From the IMG/VR virus record IMGVR_UViG_3300037087_000760, positions 124,001 through 188,000 of that record: 64,000 nucleotides of DNA, one strand, 5' to 3'. Positions 1 to 10,926 of this stretch are shown here, piece after piece. Position 1 is the first letter of the stretch. The number at the start of each line of letters is the position of its first letter. The notes under the pieces are model-generated. The model had not been told where the DNA came from and made no database searches. It saw nothing but the letters and a program-made list of their open reading frames with translations. The translations under genes and the position numbers were made by a program.

Positions 1-888
1 GAATATAAGGATATCATCAACGAAAACACCGTTATTATAAGAAAATTAAAAGTGGACATTGATGAATTGGAGAAAGTTATTGCTGAAAAGAATCTCATTA
101 AAAAGGGATTAGAAAAAAGGAAAGATTATATAATTAAAATGAATAAACTTTCTCAAGATAACAATACTCTGGAAAAGGCCATACAAAAGAACGAAACTTT
201 ATTAATAGACTACAACAAAAATCTTAAAAAAATTGAAGAAAACAAAGAAACGAATAGTAAAATTGAGCAATCAAGAGTCATTCTTAAACAAATGAACGAT
301 AAGAAGAAAGATCTGATAGATAAGAAGATTGTTATTACTAATATGATCACTTTACATCGTAAAACCATAGAAGATATGAGAGAAAGATTGAAGAAATATC
401 AGGAACAGGTATTAAGGGAAGAAATTCATAATGTTTATATCAGTATAATGAGCCGTACAGGATTACCCACTTATTTATTAAAGAAAAATATAGACTTACT
501 AAATGGGGAACTCTCAACTTTATTATCTAATACCAATTTTGATATGTTCTTTGACGATGAATTAAATTATAAATTAGAACATAATGGATTACCGGGTATT
601 CAGAACGCTATTGAATCATCTGGTATGGAAAGGACATTCGCTGCCCTTGTTTTGAAAGTCGTTCTAAGGACAATTAACTTCAGATCTAAACCAGCATTCA
701 TTTTCTTAGATGAAGTGATAAATAGATTATATGGAGAATCTGTTGATAAGTTCGTTGAACTATTAAATGTTATTAAGGAAAAAATTGATAAGATCGTAAT
801 CATTGAACACAATAATGAAATCATGGCTGATATGATTATTGATGTGAAAAAGGATAAAAACGGAATTTCAAGTTTTGAAATAATTTAA
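1..888 (+). CDS. SbcC/Rad50/T4 gp46-like recombination nuclease ATPase subunit, C-terminal part (5'-truncated by window)
   Basis: Frame open from base 1; coiled coil, then ABC signature SSGME and Walker B FLDE. Confidence 0.85.
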   Translation, partial: EYKDIINENTVIIRKLKVDIDELEKVIAEKNLIKKGLEKRKDYIIKMNKLSQDNNTLEKAIQKNETLLIDYNKNLKKIEENKETNSKIEQSRVILKQMNDKKKDLIDKKIVITNMITLHRKTIEDMRERLKKYQEQVLREEIHNVYISIMSRTGLPTYLLKKNIDLLNGELSTLLSNTNFDMFFDDELNYKLEHNGLPGIQNAIESSGMERTFAALVLKVVLRTINFRSKPAFIFLDEVINRLYGESVDKFVELLNVIKEKIDKIVIIEHNNEIMADMIIDVKKDKNGISSFEII

Positions 889-918
889 TATATACAATAG
901 AAAACAATAAATTATTTT

Positions 919-1668
919 ATGAAAAATTTTTGGTACAGACTCAGATTTTTATGGTTCGCTTATTTGACGAATTATTTTTATCAAGATCATTATCTATTAG
1001 GAACGACTAATCCAACACTTCTTGATGAAAAATTTCCTGATAATAAATATACTTACACTTGGGATAGACCGAGTTGGTCAACTTGGAATAATATAATTTT
1101 TAAAAATTCTCAGGTTAAACTCATTAATAATGAAGTTATCATGACAACAGATCATAATAATGTCCCAAATGAGCCAGCCATTATGAGTGGGGAAATAACC
1201 TCTGCTAATTTCTTAAATAGAACATATGGATATTATGAAGTAAATATGAAGCCTTGTGGATCATGGGATGCTACATGGCTTTTTCAGAGTGCTAATATTC
1301 CAGTAGGTATGGAACATTTTGAGATTGATTTCTCAGAATTCGAATGTGATACAGATAGTGCTTTTACTTGTACGATTTGGACTTATGGTATAGACGGAAA
1401 AGGAATAAATGGTAAAACCTCAGAAATAATAGCATCAAAGCGTTTTCAAGCAAAAAAGAATCTAACAAATAACTATCATATCTTTGGTTGTGATTGGCAA
1501 TCGGGATATGTCGCTATTTATTTGGATAATAAATTACTTTGGAAATATACTGGAAAAAAGATACCTAATACAAATATGTTTTTATGGGCTAATAACTCAT
1601 ATAAAGGTGGATCATTACCATCCTCTAATAGTACAAGAGCATTAAGAGTTAGTGAAAATAAATATTAA
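919..1668 (+). CDS. Glycoside hydrolase family 16 protein
   Basis: YGYYEV strand and catalytic EIDFSE (ExDxxE) motif. Confidence 0.75.
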   Translation: MKNFWYRLRFLWFAYLTNYFYQDHYLLGTTNPTLLDEKFPDNKYTYTWDRPSWSTWNNIIFKNSQVKLINNEVIMTTDHNNVPNEPAIMSGEITSANFLNRTYGYYEVNMKPCGSWDATWLFQSANIPVGMEHFEIDFSEFECDTDSAFTCTIWTYGIDGKGINGKTSEIIASKRFQAKKNLTNNYHIFGCDWQSGYVAIYLDNKLLWKYTGKKIPNTNMFLWANNSYKGGSLPSSNSTRALRVSENKY

Positions 1669-1864
1669 AATGAAAGATTTACTTACTAAAATTAATGAAG
1701 CTGCCAACTATATAGCTAAACATGAAAGGACAACAGGAGCCAATTATGTTGTGGTAAGTCCTAAGGTAGCTGATGCTTTTGAAGAAATCAAAATCATTCA
1801 AGATGCAAAAAATATCAATCAGGAAAGGTTCGAAAAATTAAAGAAAATATTAGATGAAGATTGA
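1652..1864 (+). CDS. Small protein resembling a major capsid protein fragment
   Basis: KINEAANYIAKHERTTGANYVVVSPKVA recalls a T4 gp23-type segment; ends RFEKLKKIL. Confidence 0.4.
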   Translation: MKINIKMKDLLTKINEAANYIAKHERTTGANYVVVSPKVADAFEEIKIIQDAKNINQERFEKLKKILDED

Positions 1865-2150
1865 TATAACATACAATCCATATGAAACTGGAAGTACATT
1901 AGTTAAAGTAGCACCTGATTTTCAAATCATTTCTACATTACAGAGAACGAATATCCAAGATCTATTGAAAGTTTATGATATGGATATTGTGAAAGAACTT
2001 GGAAGTATATTATCAGATGAACTTTCTAAAACAATTGATAAACAAATTATCAAAAATATGTTCGAAGAAACTTTAGAGGAAAGAAAGAAAAATATATGGA
2101 GAAAAATAGTATTGGGAAGAATTTTGGATGAACCCCCAAACATTCCATAA
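1854..2150 (+). CDS. Small protein resembling a major capsid protein fragment
   Basis: QDLLKVYDMDIVKELGSILSDELSKTIDKQII recalls the gp23 QDL..HG.D...EL..IL..EI...I segment. Confidence 0.45.
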   Translation: MKIDITYNPYETGSTLVKVAPDFQIISTLQRTNIQDLLKVYDMDIVKELGSILSDELSKTIDKQIIKNMFEETLEERKKNIWRKIVLGRILDEPPNIP

Positions 2151-2213
2151 ATGGAAAAATCAAACATTTGGTTTTTTTATATATAGAATACATAGTAAAA
2201 AAGGCCGATATTC

Positions 2214-2690
2214 ATGAAGTTGATTCATAAAGATATTATAAATGAGAGAGAAATTAATCATTATGATGAAGATTATTCATTTTCAAACAATGAATTAAGA
2301 GAATCTGAAAAAAATTTTTTTCAAATTTTCGAATTTAATCCATCTCCCATGTCTATTAATGACATAGATACTAATTTAATTATAGATGTCAATCGAGCCT
2401 TTGTAAAAATCATGGAAGTGGATTCTAAAAATGATTTGATAGGTAAAAATACAACAGAAAAGGAAGGATTAAATTTTCTTAAAGAAAAAGATAAATCATT
2501 TTTCTTCTCAGAATTAAAAAAGAATGGTATATTTGAAAATTATATTTTTTCTTTTAAAACAAAATCTGGAAAAAAACTAAAAGGCGTAGTTTCAGGGACT
2601 ATTATTGAATTAAATAAAAAAAATTATTTATTAACTGTTTGTCAAATAATTAGTTCAAGATGTCTTATGAGATTTTTTAATTTATTATGA
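2214..2690 (+). CDS. Stand-alone PAS domain protein
   Basis: FEFNPSPMSINDIDTNLIIDVNRAF...NDLIGK is a typical PAS N-terminal pattern. Confidence 0.7.
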   Translation: MKLIHKDIINEREINHYDEDYSFSNNELRESEKNFFQIFEFNPSPMSINDIDTNLIIDVNRAFVKIMEVDSKNDLIGKNTTEKEGLNFLKEKDKSFFFSELKKNGIFENYIFSFKTKSGKKLKGVVSGTIIELNKKNYLLTVCQIISSRCLMRFFNLL

Positions 2691-3255
2691 TGGAAAGTAT
2701 TCACGATTCAAGAAAATATAACAATGTAAATATTACTCCAAAGAAAAGTATAGAGCCGAGGAAGAATATTGATCAGCAAATTAGATTGAAAACAAGAACA
2801 GGGGAAGAACCACAAGTTCACCTGAGTATTCATGATTCAAGAAAAAAAGGTGTTGAAACTTGGCCTTTTTCTAAAAGATTAATTTTGTTTTATCAAAATA
2901 ATAGAAAAATCATCAAATGGTCATTTAGAGTTTGTGTTATTTTGATCATTGTATTGTTTCCTGTATGGTCAGGAACATTGATCGGTAATTGGATAAAGGA
3001 TTTTATCGGATCAATTATACATATTGTTAAAACGATTTAAAATGATGAAAATTACTATGTCTACTACCAATAAGGGAGAAAGAAATAGACTTACCCAAAT
3101 AAAATTTAAAAGAAGATTAAAAAGACTGAGAATTTTGGATAAGAGTGGTCAACCACAAGAAAATCAATATTGCTATAAAAGTCAAGGAAAACCATGTAGC
3201 TGCCGATTATGTTCCCCAGAGAAATATAAAAGAAATATTAAACATAAAGTAAGAT

Positions 3256-3558
3256 ATGACCGAGAAGAAGAAAAATGAATTAAATAGGGATTTCTATGTT
3301 AGTGAAATCGGTGTTTTAGATTGGTTATATGATGAAAATAAATTCCAGAAAATACGATTAGATCGTGCTGGTTGTTATCATTATAAATATAATAATCAAT
3401 TACATAGAGTACAGGGACCAGCCATCGAATATTTTAATGGTACTGGCAACCAATTTTACTTATTTGGTAAAAAGGTATCTTGGGAAGAACACACGAATAA
3501 AAAAAGAGATACTAATATAGATATATGTTTAATTCCACCACCTACTCCAATTATTTAG
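3256..3558 (+). CDS. H-R/N-x-x-GPA repeat family phage protein
   Basis: QLHRVQGPAIEY...QFYLFG, shared with the array at 5559-7301. Confidence 0.6.
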   Translation: MTEKKKNELNRDFYVSEIGVLDWLYDENKFQKIRLDRAGCYHYKYNNQLHRVQGPAIEYFNGTGNQFYLFGKKVSWEEHTNKKRDTNIDICLIPPPTPII

Positions 3559-4987
3559 TTTTCTTTTCTTTCTCTTTGTGCCTTTCGTTATTAACCATCT
3601 TTTGAATAAATTGAGCTTTATTCCTGAAAACTCTCACAATAAATTTATGTCTATCCTGATTTTTAGGGACCATAGTATCAACTAAGTGAATCAGATAGTT
3701 GGTAATTTCATCATCATTTGAATGTGATTTCATCGAATCGGTTTCAGATACTACTTCCCATATTTCTTTATCATTTTCTTTGGTACTATTTGGGAACACC
3801 CCCGTATTTTTCTGTTTACAATGATAAGTATAACCAGAGTAGTAGACCATATCATCTATTTCATATTCCCATTCTTCAATCCATTCTGAACACATGGATT
3901 TAAGGAACTTAACGATATTTTCAATATGTATTTTCTCTAAAGTTTCAAGAGGAATAGCTTTCAAATTATTCATAAGTTCAGTTGTACGAGCCCTATTGAA
4001 TGTAATAACATCCTCTTTTACTTCATCCCATCTTTCATAAATATCTTTTATACTGACCTGAACAGTATCATTACAGTATCTTACAAATTCTTGAAGTGAA
4101 GATCCTACACATCCAGTTCCAACTGTTTGAAAATTGATAGAAGAAACAACAGTAGCTAAATCTGGATTCTTTCCAAAGACAGTTAAGACATAATCAGAAA
4201 GATGTGTCCAACTACGAGCGGTAGCATATTGAAGAGTACCATCGGCGGGTGGTTTATAAATTTCGTCAGGATGACTAACGATATAATCCACTAACACATC
4301 CCAACAATGTTCTCTTGCGTATTCTCTTGCCCATTCATCAGCTGTTAATTCGTGTTCGAGGATAATAAGACGATTTGAAAGAGCTAAATCCATTTCTTCG
4401 ACTTCTGTTTTATCCATTTCACCGTAATTACCACTAGCCATCCAAAAAACATTCTTATTGAATTGAAAATTACTTCCAATTCTTTTTTCATTTAACAACT
4501 GGAGAGCTGCGTTACGAACCCTGATATCACAACGGTTTAATTCTTCGACATGAATAATAGATGGTGTAGTATTTGCTTTTATTGCCCAATCTGGGACAGC
4601 GAAACTTAAACTATCAATGTCATCTGAATTCAATACGATCAGATATTTCTTTTTTACTTTTTCAAATTCATCTGGAGTAATTAGTCCAGCCTGAACTAAT
4701 TGACTAAATCTGAGAATCTGTTCAAGTACATTTTTTAAAACTGGATAACTTCCTAAATCAGTTTCATCCTTATCAGATAATCGAAGATCAATATATTGAA
4801 TTCCTAAATGTCTTTCTTTTTGAGGATCTTCATCATCCCACCATATAATTTTTCGACATATTGCTTCTCCCATGGCTGATTTAGCTGATCCGGGAATACC
4901 CTGAAGGTATAATACTAATCCAGATCGCATTATATCGAAATACATTAATTGTAAAGGGGATAAATTAGATAGATCAAATTTTATCAT
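3551..4987 (-). CDS. MoxR-like AAA+ ATPase (partner of DUF2201/VWA protein)
   Basis: Walker A variant GIPGSAKS, IDLRLS, Walker B variant HVEELNR, ASGN sensor, ALSNR, ATARSW. Confidence 0.8.
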   Translation of the reverse strand: MIKFDLSNLSPLQLMYFDIMRSGLVLYLQGIPGSAKSAMGEAICRKIIWWDDEDPQKERHLGIQYIDLRLSDKDETDLGSYPVLKNVLEQILRFSQLVQAGLITPDEFEKVKKKYLIVLNSDDIDSLSFAVPDWAIKANTTPSIIHVEELNRCDIRVRNAALQLLNEKRIGSNFQFNKNVFWMASGNYGEMDKTEVEEMDLALSNRLIILEHELTADEWAREYAREHCWDVLVDYIVSHPDEIYKPPADGTLQYATARSWTHLSDYVLTVFGKNPDLATVVSSINFQTVGTGCVGSSLQEFVRYCNDTVQVSIKDIYERWDEVKEDVITFNRARTTELMNNLKAIPLETLEKIHIENIVKFLKSMCSEWIEEWEYEIDDMVYYSGYTYHCKQKNTGVFPNSTKENDKEIWEVVSETDSMKSHSNDDEITNYLIHLVDTMVPKNQDRHKFIVRVFRNKAQFIQKMVNNERHKEKEKKTK

Positions 4988-5050
4988 AGTATATTTAGAT
5001 ATTAAGTTTATTGTGTTGTTAATATAATAAAAGGAATTGTAAATAAAAAA

Positions 5051-5575
5051 TTATTCGGAGATTAATTGATCAAGAAGTTTCCACATATCTTCATATTCCC
5101 CAGCAACATAAAGCATTTCTTTGAAATGTTGATGTTCCTTTCTATACATATTTATAATTGTTTTCCTGTTAAGAATTCCTTGATTTACATTGGCTATTCT
5201 ATCACACAATTTTATAAAGGTGGCATATTTGGTATTTCTTATCTTTCTGTAATATTCATCACTCATTCTTTCTTTACGAGTGCCCTCTCCAGTTGTTACA
5301 GCTTTTACAATCATAGCCACCCTTAGATTTGTTATTTTAACAAGATCTGCAAAACTACAAATATCTTTACAATCTTCGAGAGTATCGTGCTCCCAAGCTA
5401 CAGCAAAAATATCATCCCTATCATCCTCTGGAATATGATGTTGAAAAGTGAGTGCCATATCTTTTACCAGTTGAAGATGATATTCATAATCTTTATCATT
5501 ATCATATTTATGATTTATCTTCTGGTGACATTCTATAGCATGTTTCTTAGCTATTTCTTCAATCGTCTGTTTCAT
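5051..5575 (-). CDS. HD-domain (p)ppGpp hydrolase-like protein (Mesh1/SpoT-HD family)
   Basis: H...Y...Y..HL, HDTLED, IKLCDRIAN motifs. Confidence 0.8.
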   Translation of the reverse strand: MKQTIEEIAKKHAIECHQKINHKYDNDKDYEYHLQLVKDMALTFQHHIPEDDRDDIFAVAWEHDTLEDCKDICSFADLVKITNLRVAMIVKAVTTGEGTRKERMSDEYYRKIRNTKYATFIKLCDRIANVNQGILNRKTIINMYRKEHQHFKEMLYVAGEYEDMWKLLDQLISE

Positions 5576-7301
5576 CGTCTAAAATACTTTTTAAAATTCT
5601 TTTTCTTAATTCATTTATATATTCTTCTTCTGTTTTATACTTATCACCATCCAAATATAAAGCACCTTCCCCATTGAGATATATAATAGCCGGTCCATGT
5701 TCATTGTGCATTTTATATTTTTTTGTATAGATAATAAAATGACCGCCCTTTTTAACTTTCATTGATAATTTGAAATCTGGTTTTTTTAAAAATTCAAAAT
5801 TTTCTTTTATAAATTTTTTCCATTCACCATGTTCATCATCATTTATTTCAATAACGACATATTCAATATCATTCTCTATTTCAATACTGTAAGGTTTCAT
5901 CCAATCTTATCTTTCTTAGCTCATTTTTAAATTCTTCTTCTTCACTATATTGTTCACCATTTAGATAGAAACTATTAAGAGTTTGCTCCCAAGTAAGAAT
6001 ATGACTTCTATTTCCAGTATTACTGGTATGATGAATTTTAATTTTCATGAGGGCTCTACCATATTCATTATGAATCTTTCCATCTTTGAATACCATTTCC
6101 TTAATGAGTTTATCATTCTCGAATTTCCTAATAATCGTATATTGATGCGATTTTGTATACTCAATTAATGATGAACCTTTAATTTCTTGATCATAAACTT
6201 CAATTACATGGTATTCTATATCATTATATATTTCTTTGTATTCTTTCATTATGATAAAATATCTTTTAATTTTTTATCCCTATCGTAATTAGTAAATTCT
6301 TCTTCACTTAAAGCATTTCCTTCGATATGATATAATCCACCTTTTATTCCTTCATATTCACCATGAATAGATTGTCCATATTCATTATGGTATTTTCCAT
6401 CCTTACCATAAGCAACAAAGTTATTTTTATTTTGTTTAAAAAATACATTCTTTCCAATCAATTTAACATACTTGTGTTTTTTAATAAATTCATCAAAAAA
6501 AGTTGGATTATCATCGAGATCTGTTTGTTCAAACTCGACTACATTATATTCGATTCCATTTTCTATTTCAATATATTCTTTCATATTAATATTTCATCAA
6601 GTCTGATTTTTCTTATTTCGTTTTTATATTCTTCTGTTTTTAGTTCCCTGTTATGATCCTTAAAAATTCCAAAGTAATAATATCTTTCACCATTCAACCA
6701 CCAAGCTTTATAGAAATATTCTATAACAGCTGGCCCACATTCATTATGTCTTTTCCCGTCCTTAAAAATTTCTATTCGGTGAAGTTTATCATCTTTATCA
6801 AGTTTTCTGACGATACAATTCATAAATCTCCTATGATGTAATAAGGGTTTTACTACCTTTTCAACAAAATCATAAATATACAATTCATTCTTCCTAAGTT
6901 CAAAGACACTATATTCAATTCCATTATATGTCTCTTTGTATTCTTTCATTTAATGTCTCTTTCAATATTTTACTTCTCTTGTAATTTATTACATATTCCG
7001 TCCAGTTATTACCAGTATATTTTATTTTCTTACCATCTAAATAGTATTCTCTGATCACATCAGATACGAGAATTCTTTCAATCGCTGGTTCGAATTCGTT
7101 ATGAAATTTACCATCTTTGAAATACATGGTTTCATTAATCTTAGCTCCATCTGTCCTTGTAAATGTTGTCTTTACTTTTGAATATTCCTTATCTTTTACA
7201 AAAATTCTCCATTCTCTTTTCATTTGAGTATGAGAGAGTTTTTTATTATCCAAAATTAAAACTTCATATCTAATATCATTATATATTTCCTTAGATTTCA
7301 T
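5559..7301 (-). repeat. Tandem array of five paralogous small ORFs (5559-5900, 5881-6249, 6249-6584, 6581-6949, 6924-7301)
   Basis: All share MKxYxEIxNxIxYxV, KDGKxHNExGxA, YLxG and a C-terminal RKxxLxxxL helix. Confidence 0.85.
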
Positions 7302-8626
7302 ATATCTTCTTCAGCTGGTAAATCATCTTGAATAACAATCTGTTTAGGTGAACCTGCTATAATACCACATTCCTTTCCTATGGAAAGAATTAATGTTTTC
7401 TTTAATTTAGACACATCCAAATTATCAGTAAAACCATCAGTAAGAATTACGGTATTCAATTGATTGATTTGACTACATCCTACTATAAAATCAATAGCTG
7501 GTTGGAGTGTTGTTCCACCACCACCTACTAATTGTATCTTCTTAAATTCCCTTTTATTGTTAATAACGGTATAATCTCTTTTCCCCTGTCTTTTTACCTC
7601 TACATCACATTGAATCAGATTAATTTTAATTTTATTTTGAAAAATATAAGACAATACTCTTTGAAAATAACCACCCATTGAACCAGACACATCAAGTATA
7701 ACATTTAATCCAAATCCGATTTTGAATCTACCTTTGATTCCTTCTATTGATCGTCTGTTTCTTTTCGAAATACTTTTTTCTTTATTATATCCTCTTATAG
7801 ATGATATAGCTGTTTTAATATCTCTCAGGTAATCTTTTCTTGATTTCTGTAATTTTTCCAAGGTTATTTTTATGTTAGCCTTTTCCAAACCACGACTTCT
7901 GAGATATCTTTGAACTCTACCAACTACTTCTTTTTTAAAATCATCAGATAGATCACAAGGTAAATGATTATCTAACCAATTTTTAATACCATCATCCATT
8001 CCATCAAAGACCTTCTTCAAATAATCACTTACTGGACAATCCCCAGATTTTCCTTCCTTCCCACTACCTTGTCCTTGACAACTTCCACCTTTTTTCCATT
8101 CATTATATTTTCTCTTTTCCTGTTTTAACCATTCATAAAGATCCTCGAATACATGCTGACCCTTATATTCCTTTGGCATCATAAGAACCCAAACATCATC
8201 AATTGTTTTATCTAAATAGCTAACCTTTTCCGTAGGAAGTTCGAGAAAATCTTTTGATGGTTTTGTAGTATCAATTAAATCGGAATAAATGGCTTGATTT
8301 ATACACATATCCTGAGCTATATTACTCATTTCATGATTGTATCCACCTCTACGGGTTCTTTTTGGATGATCAAACAATAAATGGAAAATTTCGTGAATGA
8401 CAATGAAATTAATGTGCTTCTGAGGGGTAGAGTTGACGAATTCTCTATTCCAATAACACACCATTCCATGAGTGTTCACAGTAACACCAATTCTTTCAAC
8501 ATGCTTTGATTCCTCGAAATTTATAAATTGACAAAATTCACCATAGTAATAGAGCAATAATACCATATCACTCATCATTTCGTCAATACACTTAACTATT
8601 TTCGGATGTAGATTACTTCTATTCAT
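7298..8626 (-). CDS. DUF2201-type metallopeptidase + VWA domain protein
   Basis: HEIFH (HExxH), NIAQDMCIN, MIDAS DVSGSMG, GGGGT, VILTDG. Confidence 0.85.
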   Translation of the reverse strand: MNRSNLHPKIVKCIDEMMSDMVLLLYYYGEFCQFINFEESKHVERIGVTVNTHGMVCYWNREFVNSTPQKHINFIVIHEIFHLLFDHPKRTRRGGYNHEMSNIAQDMCINQAIYSDLIDTTKPSKDFLELPTEKVSYLDKTIDDVWVLMMPKEYKGQHVFEDLYEWLKQEKRKYNEWKKGGSCQGQGSGKEGKSGDCPVSDYLKKVFDGMDDGIKNWLDNHLPCDLSDDFKKEVVGRVQRYLRSRGLEKANIKITLEKLQKSRKDYLRDIKTAISSIRGYNKEKSISKRNRRSIEGIKGRFKIGFGLNVILDVSGSMGGYFQRVLSYIFQNKIKINLIQCDVEVKRQGKRDYTVINNKREFKKIQLVGGGGTTLQPAIDFIVGCSQINQLNTVILTDGFTDNLDVSKLKKTLILSIGKECGIIAGSPKQIVIQDDLPAEEDI

Positions 8627-9253
8627 ATAAACTAATATAAGTAAAAATAATCAAACTAAAAAATTATTCTGGAAGAAATTTTATTATAAATATCCAATGA
8701 TATACCTTTATCAATGTGTACTTTTATTTTCATTTCTTCTCTCATGGATTTCTTAGGAGATTTAAAGGTTTTATCAAAATCTTCTGGATTTCTTTTCCCT
8801 ATTTTTTTATTTAAATCTTTAAGTCTTTCGATTTCAAATTTATTAATAGTTCTTATCCTATTAGAGTATAAAGTTTTCAATGAATCTAATGCTTCTTCTT
8901 TATTACCAAATATCCATTGAAGAACATCCAAATTCTTTACCTCGACATCTGTTGATTTAACCTTGTAAAGAATTAATACACCTGTTCTGTTTATTGAATA
9001 TTTCCTTCCTCTTATAGTAAAATTAATAAAATCCCCATTCTTGGTAATATCCTTAACTTGATTTTCACCAATCATTTGTTTTATATAATCAATAAGGTTT
9101 GGTAAGGATTGATCTTTGGAAAAAACAATTCCGAGTTGTTGGTTAACAACCGAGTCGTAATAATGTTCTAAAATAGGAAAGCTATAATCATAGAAGTCCA
9201 ACAAGAATTCCATTCCATTTGATATATTTTTAGGTATATATTAAAAATAAAAA

Positions 9254-9487
9254 AACAAAAACTGTTATCTCATAGCCGCGATTCTGTTTCTACTCTTACA
9301 TTTGTCTAATGCCTTTCGACATTCCCCGAAGGGTGCCCCAACCCGACCTCATAGGAAAACCGACATCCTCAGTCTGTTTGGGTTGCTACTTCCGCGGTTC
9401 AAACGACCTTACGGTCTCCCTCGTTAGGTTTTGTAGTCGCGAACTTCCTCTGGTTTCCCAGCGTAAGATCGAACAACAGTTTTTGTT
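9254..9487 (-). ncRNA. rnpB: RNase P RNA, minimal type with reduced specificity domain
   Basis: 13-bp P1 (9254-9266/9475-9487); GAGGAAGUUCGCGAC and ACAGAAUCGCGGCU form P4; P2 UCUUAC/GUAAGA; P5 CUAC/GUAG; P15; P18 with GAAA loop. Confidence 0.9.
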
Positions 9488-9565
9488 CTAAGTTACAAAG
9501 TTACAAAAGTACAAATTATAATCTTACCAAAAAAATCAATTGTCTTTTTAATATATATTAGTACT

Positions 9566-10923
9566 ATGATTACCAGTTTTAAAATATTCGAAAGTTCATT
9601 CAAACAATTATCTATTCCAGTAGTTAATAGATATGTTTATCATTCTTCTAATCCAATATTTAGGAAATCAATATTAGAAAAAGGTTTGATACCAAAAAAA
9701 GGGGACAAAGAATTGGAGAAGATCATTATGGTAAAGCTATATTTGTCACTAATTCAGATAAGAAAAAAGATTGGTTTGATTCGACCTATGATGACGATGT
9801 TTATAAGATTGATACAACAAAGACAAATAATTTATGGTATAAGGATCTAAATATGTATTCAAAAAGCATAGGATCTGATATTTATATTTTAACATTTGAA
9901 CCTATTCCTCCAGAATCCATAGAATTAATTTATAAGGGGAGTGGAAATGATAAACTAAAAAGAAATTGGAGAAAAAATAGAATTGTTGAAGAATTAGATT
10001 TAAAATCAAATCCATTAATATTTTGGCACGGAACAGCTAGTCAAGATTTAAGAGGAGGACTTAGTGGTTTACACTTAGGTACTTATGAAGCAGCCAAGAT
10101 AGCATTAGAAGCAACAATAGGGATTCCAGTAAAAGGAGAATGGGATGGGAAAAGAGAATATGGGAAAACAAAACTATCTGGTAAAAAAAGATTAAGAACA
10201 GGAGAAAAAGGTAAATATCGTATTTCTGGATATAATTGTGACATACCAGATGATGATTTTTTTCCAGTAGATAATCCATATAAAGCAAAATATTCAAATG
10301 GAGAAGAAATTTCTTTGAAATGTAAACCAATTATTTTTCCTTGTAAAATTGTTGGACCAATGACAAACACGATTCACAATCCACATTCTGATGATATGGC
10401 CAATTCAATGATGAAAGGACAATTAAAAAAAGGGAATGCTAAAAAAGGTTATTATTATATAAATGATGTGGAAGATTCAGGATCGATTTCAGTAGTAGTT
10501 CCAAATTATAAACATATAGAAATTATGAAAAATGTATCGGAAAATGTTACACCAAAAACGAGGATTGAAGATGAAATAGATCGTCTGATGGATAAGGGGT
10601 ATAAAAATCTTACTCCAGATGAACAGGATTTTTTAAAAAATCCATATAAATCAACTGAAGAACCAAAAGAAGAACCAAAAAAAGAAATTTTGAAATATTA
10701 TAGTATAGCTGAAGATTTCTTTCGTAGAGTCTTATCAACAGATGTCAGGAACTATGAATTAAATGATAATCTTGATATTTTTGATATTGTAAAAGATGAT
10801 AATGAAGCTTTTGATGTTGCCAATACAATCTATTATAAATATGGTATTCAAATAGATCCTGAAAACAACGATGAATTTAAATTAGTTAATATATTCAAGA
10901 AAATTAATAGTAAAATCAAATAA
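9566..10923 (+). CDS. Multi-domain ART-fold protein split by a -1 frameshift at A7 (9694-9700)
   Basis: YHSS...SILEKGLIP in frame 0 continues in the -1 frame (open 9700-9853) into TFEPIPPE; second WHGT domain; C-terminal ACP-like helices. Confidence 0.55.
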
Positions 10924-10926
10924 AAA

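Noticed and set aside
9309-9491. 60-aa ORF
   Set aside because: Antisense to the RNase P RNA gene.
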